From the IMG/VR virus record IMGVR_UViG_3300037067_012889, positions 32,001 to 96,000 of that record: a stretch of DNA of 64,000 bases; one strand, given 5' to 3'. The stretch's first letter is position 1; every line of letters begins with the position of its first letter. The notes beneath the pieces are model-generated. The model saw only the letters and a list, made by a program, of their open reading frames with translations. It ran no database searches and was not told where the DNA came from. Source of the stretch: a virus. Taxonomy: Duplodnaviria; Caudoviricetes. A program made the translations under genes and the position numbers. Shown piece by piece: positions 62,124 through 64,000 of this stretch.

Positions 62124-62715
62124 CTATGCAATTCGCCACTGTCGGGTTAATATAAATGGCTATCATTGGGGTATCATCCATATTTTGCGATAATATCGGT
62201 CGACCCCCACGAGCTTCCCGATATATCTCCGAGGCTTTCCTTTATATCTTCCGTGCATTCTCTGCATATCGTAAATAGTCTGAAAGGATAAAATCACGCA
62301 CGCACGGAAGATATAAGCGAGATACCAGGAAAGCAGGCTTTTCCCTTTCTTTTCATCTTGTTATTCTTTAGGTTTATATTTTCCTTTCAGTCGTTTACGG
62401 ATTGATAACTAAAAATGTATTATTGTGTCGACAATTAGACAACTTTTGTGGTATCTAAGTCCTATATTCTAAGCTCTAAATGCAGGTATAAAAATCGTTA
62501 TCTATCTGTGAAAACGCTCGCTTGTTCCATTGGATACTGAAAATCGTTTCGACACAGGATGGCCATCCTGGGCAAAACGACCTCAATACCGTATTAGTTT
62601 CAGGATGAAAAAACAACAAATTCACTAAACAGCAAGTAAAACCTGATTTCATCTTTTTCCTTCTTTTTCATTCTCCCGTTATGCTCTCTCCCGTCTCTTA
62701 CGCTCTTATCTCTTC

Positions 62716-63120
62716 TTATGGATGACTTTGTTGTTTCGAAATTGCTACGCTTCCTCTGAAATCTGCTAGAGTCATCTTATGTTCTTCTAATTCCTCAATC
62801 TTCTTAGCTGCCATTATAGCAAGCGTTTTAGGCGTCTCGGATCCACCTATCTTATCCAATGGAAAACCAAGTGCCTTACCAAGAATCTGCTTAACCTCAT
62901 AGTTCTGGCGTTCACATATGTCCAACTTTTGAAGCGTTTCACGAAGCTCATATTCGTTATCAACGCGTCTCTGTATGAGCCTATCCTCTATCTCTTCTAG
63001 GACGTCAGCGGCCAACTTAAGAGGGCGTAACACGTCCAACTCTGCTTGCTGTTGCTTTACGATGGCAAGAAGCTGTCTACGATGGGTGTTTGCATGGTCT
63101 AAATCTTTTCGTAAACTCAC
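62716..63120 (-). CDS. Coiled-coil hypothetical protein
   Basis: AGGAG RBS, GTG start. Confidence 0.6.
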   Translation of the reverse strand: MSLRKDLDHANTHRRQLLAIVKQQQAELDVLRPLKLAADVLEEIEDRLIQRRVDNEYELRETLQKLDICERQNYEVKQILGKALGFPLDKIGGSETPKTLAIMAAKKIEELEEHKMTLADFRGSVAISKQQSHP

Positions 63121-63181
63121 TATAGTCTCCTATAGACTCTGTCATTTCCGAATCGCTGGCTTCCTCTGAAAATTGCTAGAG

Positions 63182-63763
63182 TCATCTTCCGGAAACGTTC
63201 TCACAAACTTCTGCTATGTCGTCTTCATCAACCTTAAACGACAATTCGGAAGCAACCTTCTTAGCGATTTCTTCACGCGTGGATTCCGGGTCACACTTAA
63301 CGGCCCAGTTGATAGCCGCATGGAATAATTCCATCTCCTTGGTTGTTAATAGCTTGGCCTTCATCACTTCGGGCTCCTGTTTAAATGCTTCATTCTTATA
63401 CCTAAGTACTTCCTCATCGGTGAAAGTGCAGCGATGGTCGGAAACCTCTTGCCATTTCTCGTTCGTTAAACCGTTCTTCCAGGAATCCCAGGTCTCATAC
63501 CAAGTCCAATAAGCAGGAGTAGCCTTACCGTCAGCGTCAAGCGGTTCGACTCCAAAACGGGGGAGTTCCTTAATGATCTCCAACTGTCGCGATTTTACCC
63601 TCTTAACGTCCTCATCAATAGCGGCATGTTCTATCTGAGGGATGCGTCCATTGCACATATCGTGCTTCATACGCCAGATAAAAGCACCACAGGCGTTAAT
63701 AGTAAGATATGCGTCAAGTTCCTTAAATTCAGAAGGATTCCTAACAGAAACATCGTCACTCAT
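63182..63763 (-). CDS. Hypothetical protein
   Basis: AAGGA RBS; 193-aa ORF. Confidence 0.65.
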   Translation of the reverse strand: MSDDVSVRNPSEFKELDAYLTINACGAFIWRMKHDMCNGRIPQIEHAAIDEDVKRVKSRQLEIIKELPRFGVEPLDADGKATPAYWTWYETWDSWKNGLTNEKWQEVSDHRCTFTDEEVLRYKNEAFKQEPEVMKAKLLTTKEMELFHAAINWAVKCDPESTREEIAKKVASELSFKVDEDDIAEVCENVSGR

Positions 63764-64000
63764 TTGTGAGTCCTTTTAATCATCCGGTTATGTATGAAAT
63801 GACTTTCTCATAAGCATTGTGCATTGAAAGACTATATAGGGGATTCTCGAAGCTAAACTGGCTTCGAGAGCTAACGAGACTGAACACAATGCGATTCAAT
63901 TCACTACGCCAGTACTCGTTCAAATAAAAGCCCGATAGACCTGCCTCGAAAACGCCGTCAAGTCCAAAGGAATTAACTTGATAATATGGACCTGTGTTTG

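Noticed and set aside
1-64000. Stop-codon reassignment
   Set aside because: Recognisable genes are full length in the standard code, all three stops are used, and there is no suppressor tRNA.

Overview
This window reads as a piece of a large (jumbo-type) dsDNA phage genome. It holds about 120 tightly packed, mostly short genes of unknown function, five tRNAs without encoded CCA, two HNH endonucleases next to tRNAs, an NAD-dependent ligase, an SF2 helicase, an N6-adenine methyltransferase, a GT2 glycosyltransferase, phosphatases, and a J-domain pseudokinase/vWA/adenylosuccinate-synthetase trio. No capsid, tail, integrase or Cas genes are visible. Several gene families point tentatively to a Planctomycetota-like, GC-richer host (inference). 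Four things stand out. (1) A promoter motif TTAA-N14-NRTGCTATAAC occurs at least 33 times with invariant spacing. It includes two back-to-back pairs sharing one TTAA and four leaderless genes. (2) A palindrome TTTCCA-N3-TGGAAA occurs 13 times, only between 32.3 and 61.2 kb and almost always just after a stop codon. It delimits two arrays of small genes, and two of those genes are flanked by 28-30 bp direct repeats containing the site or its right arm, which suggests a cassette-like system. (3) A Ycf46-like AAA+ ATPase has its Walker B segment before its Walker A segment, inside a DUF1257/DUF2997 module. (4) There are several ORF-poor, strongly base-paired regions and a tRNA-like RNA with a large D-loop insertion. 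All calls were made by eye and no database searches were run.
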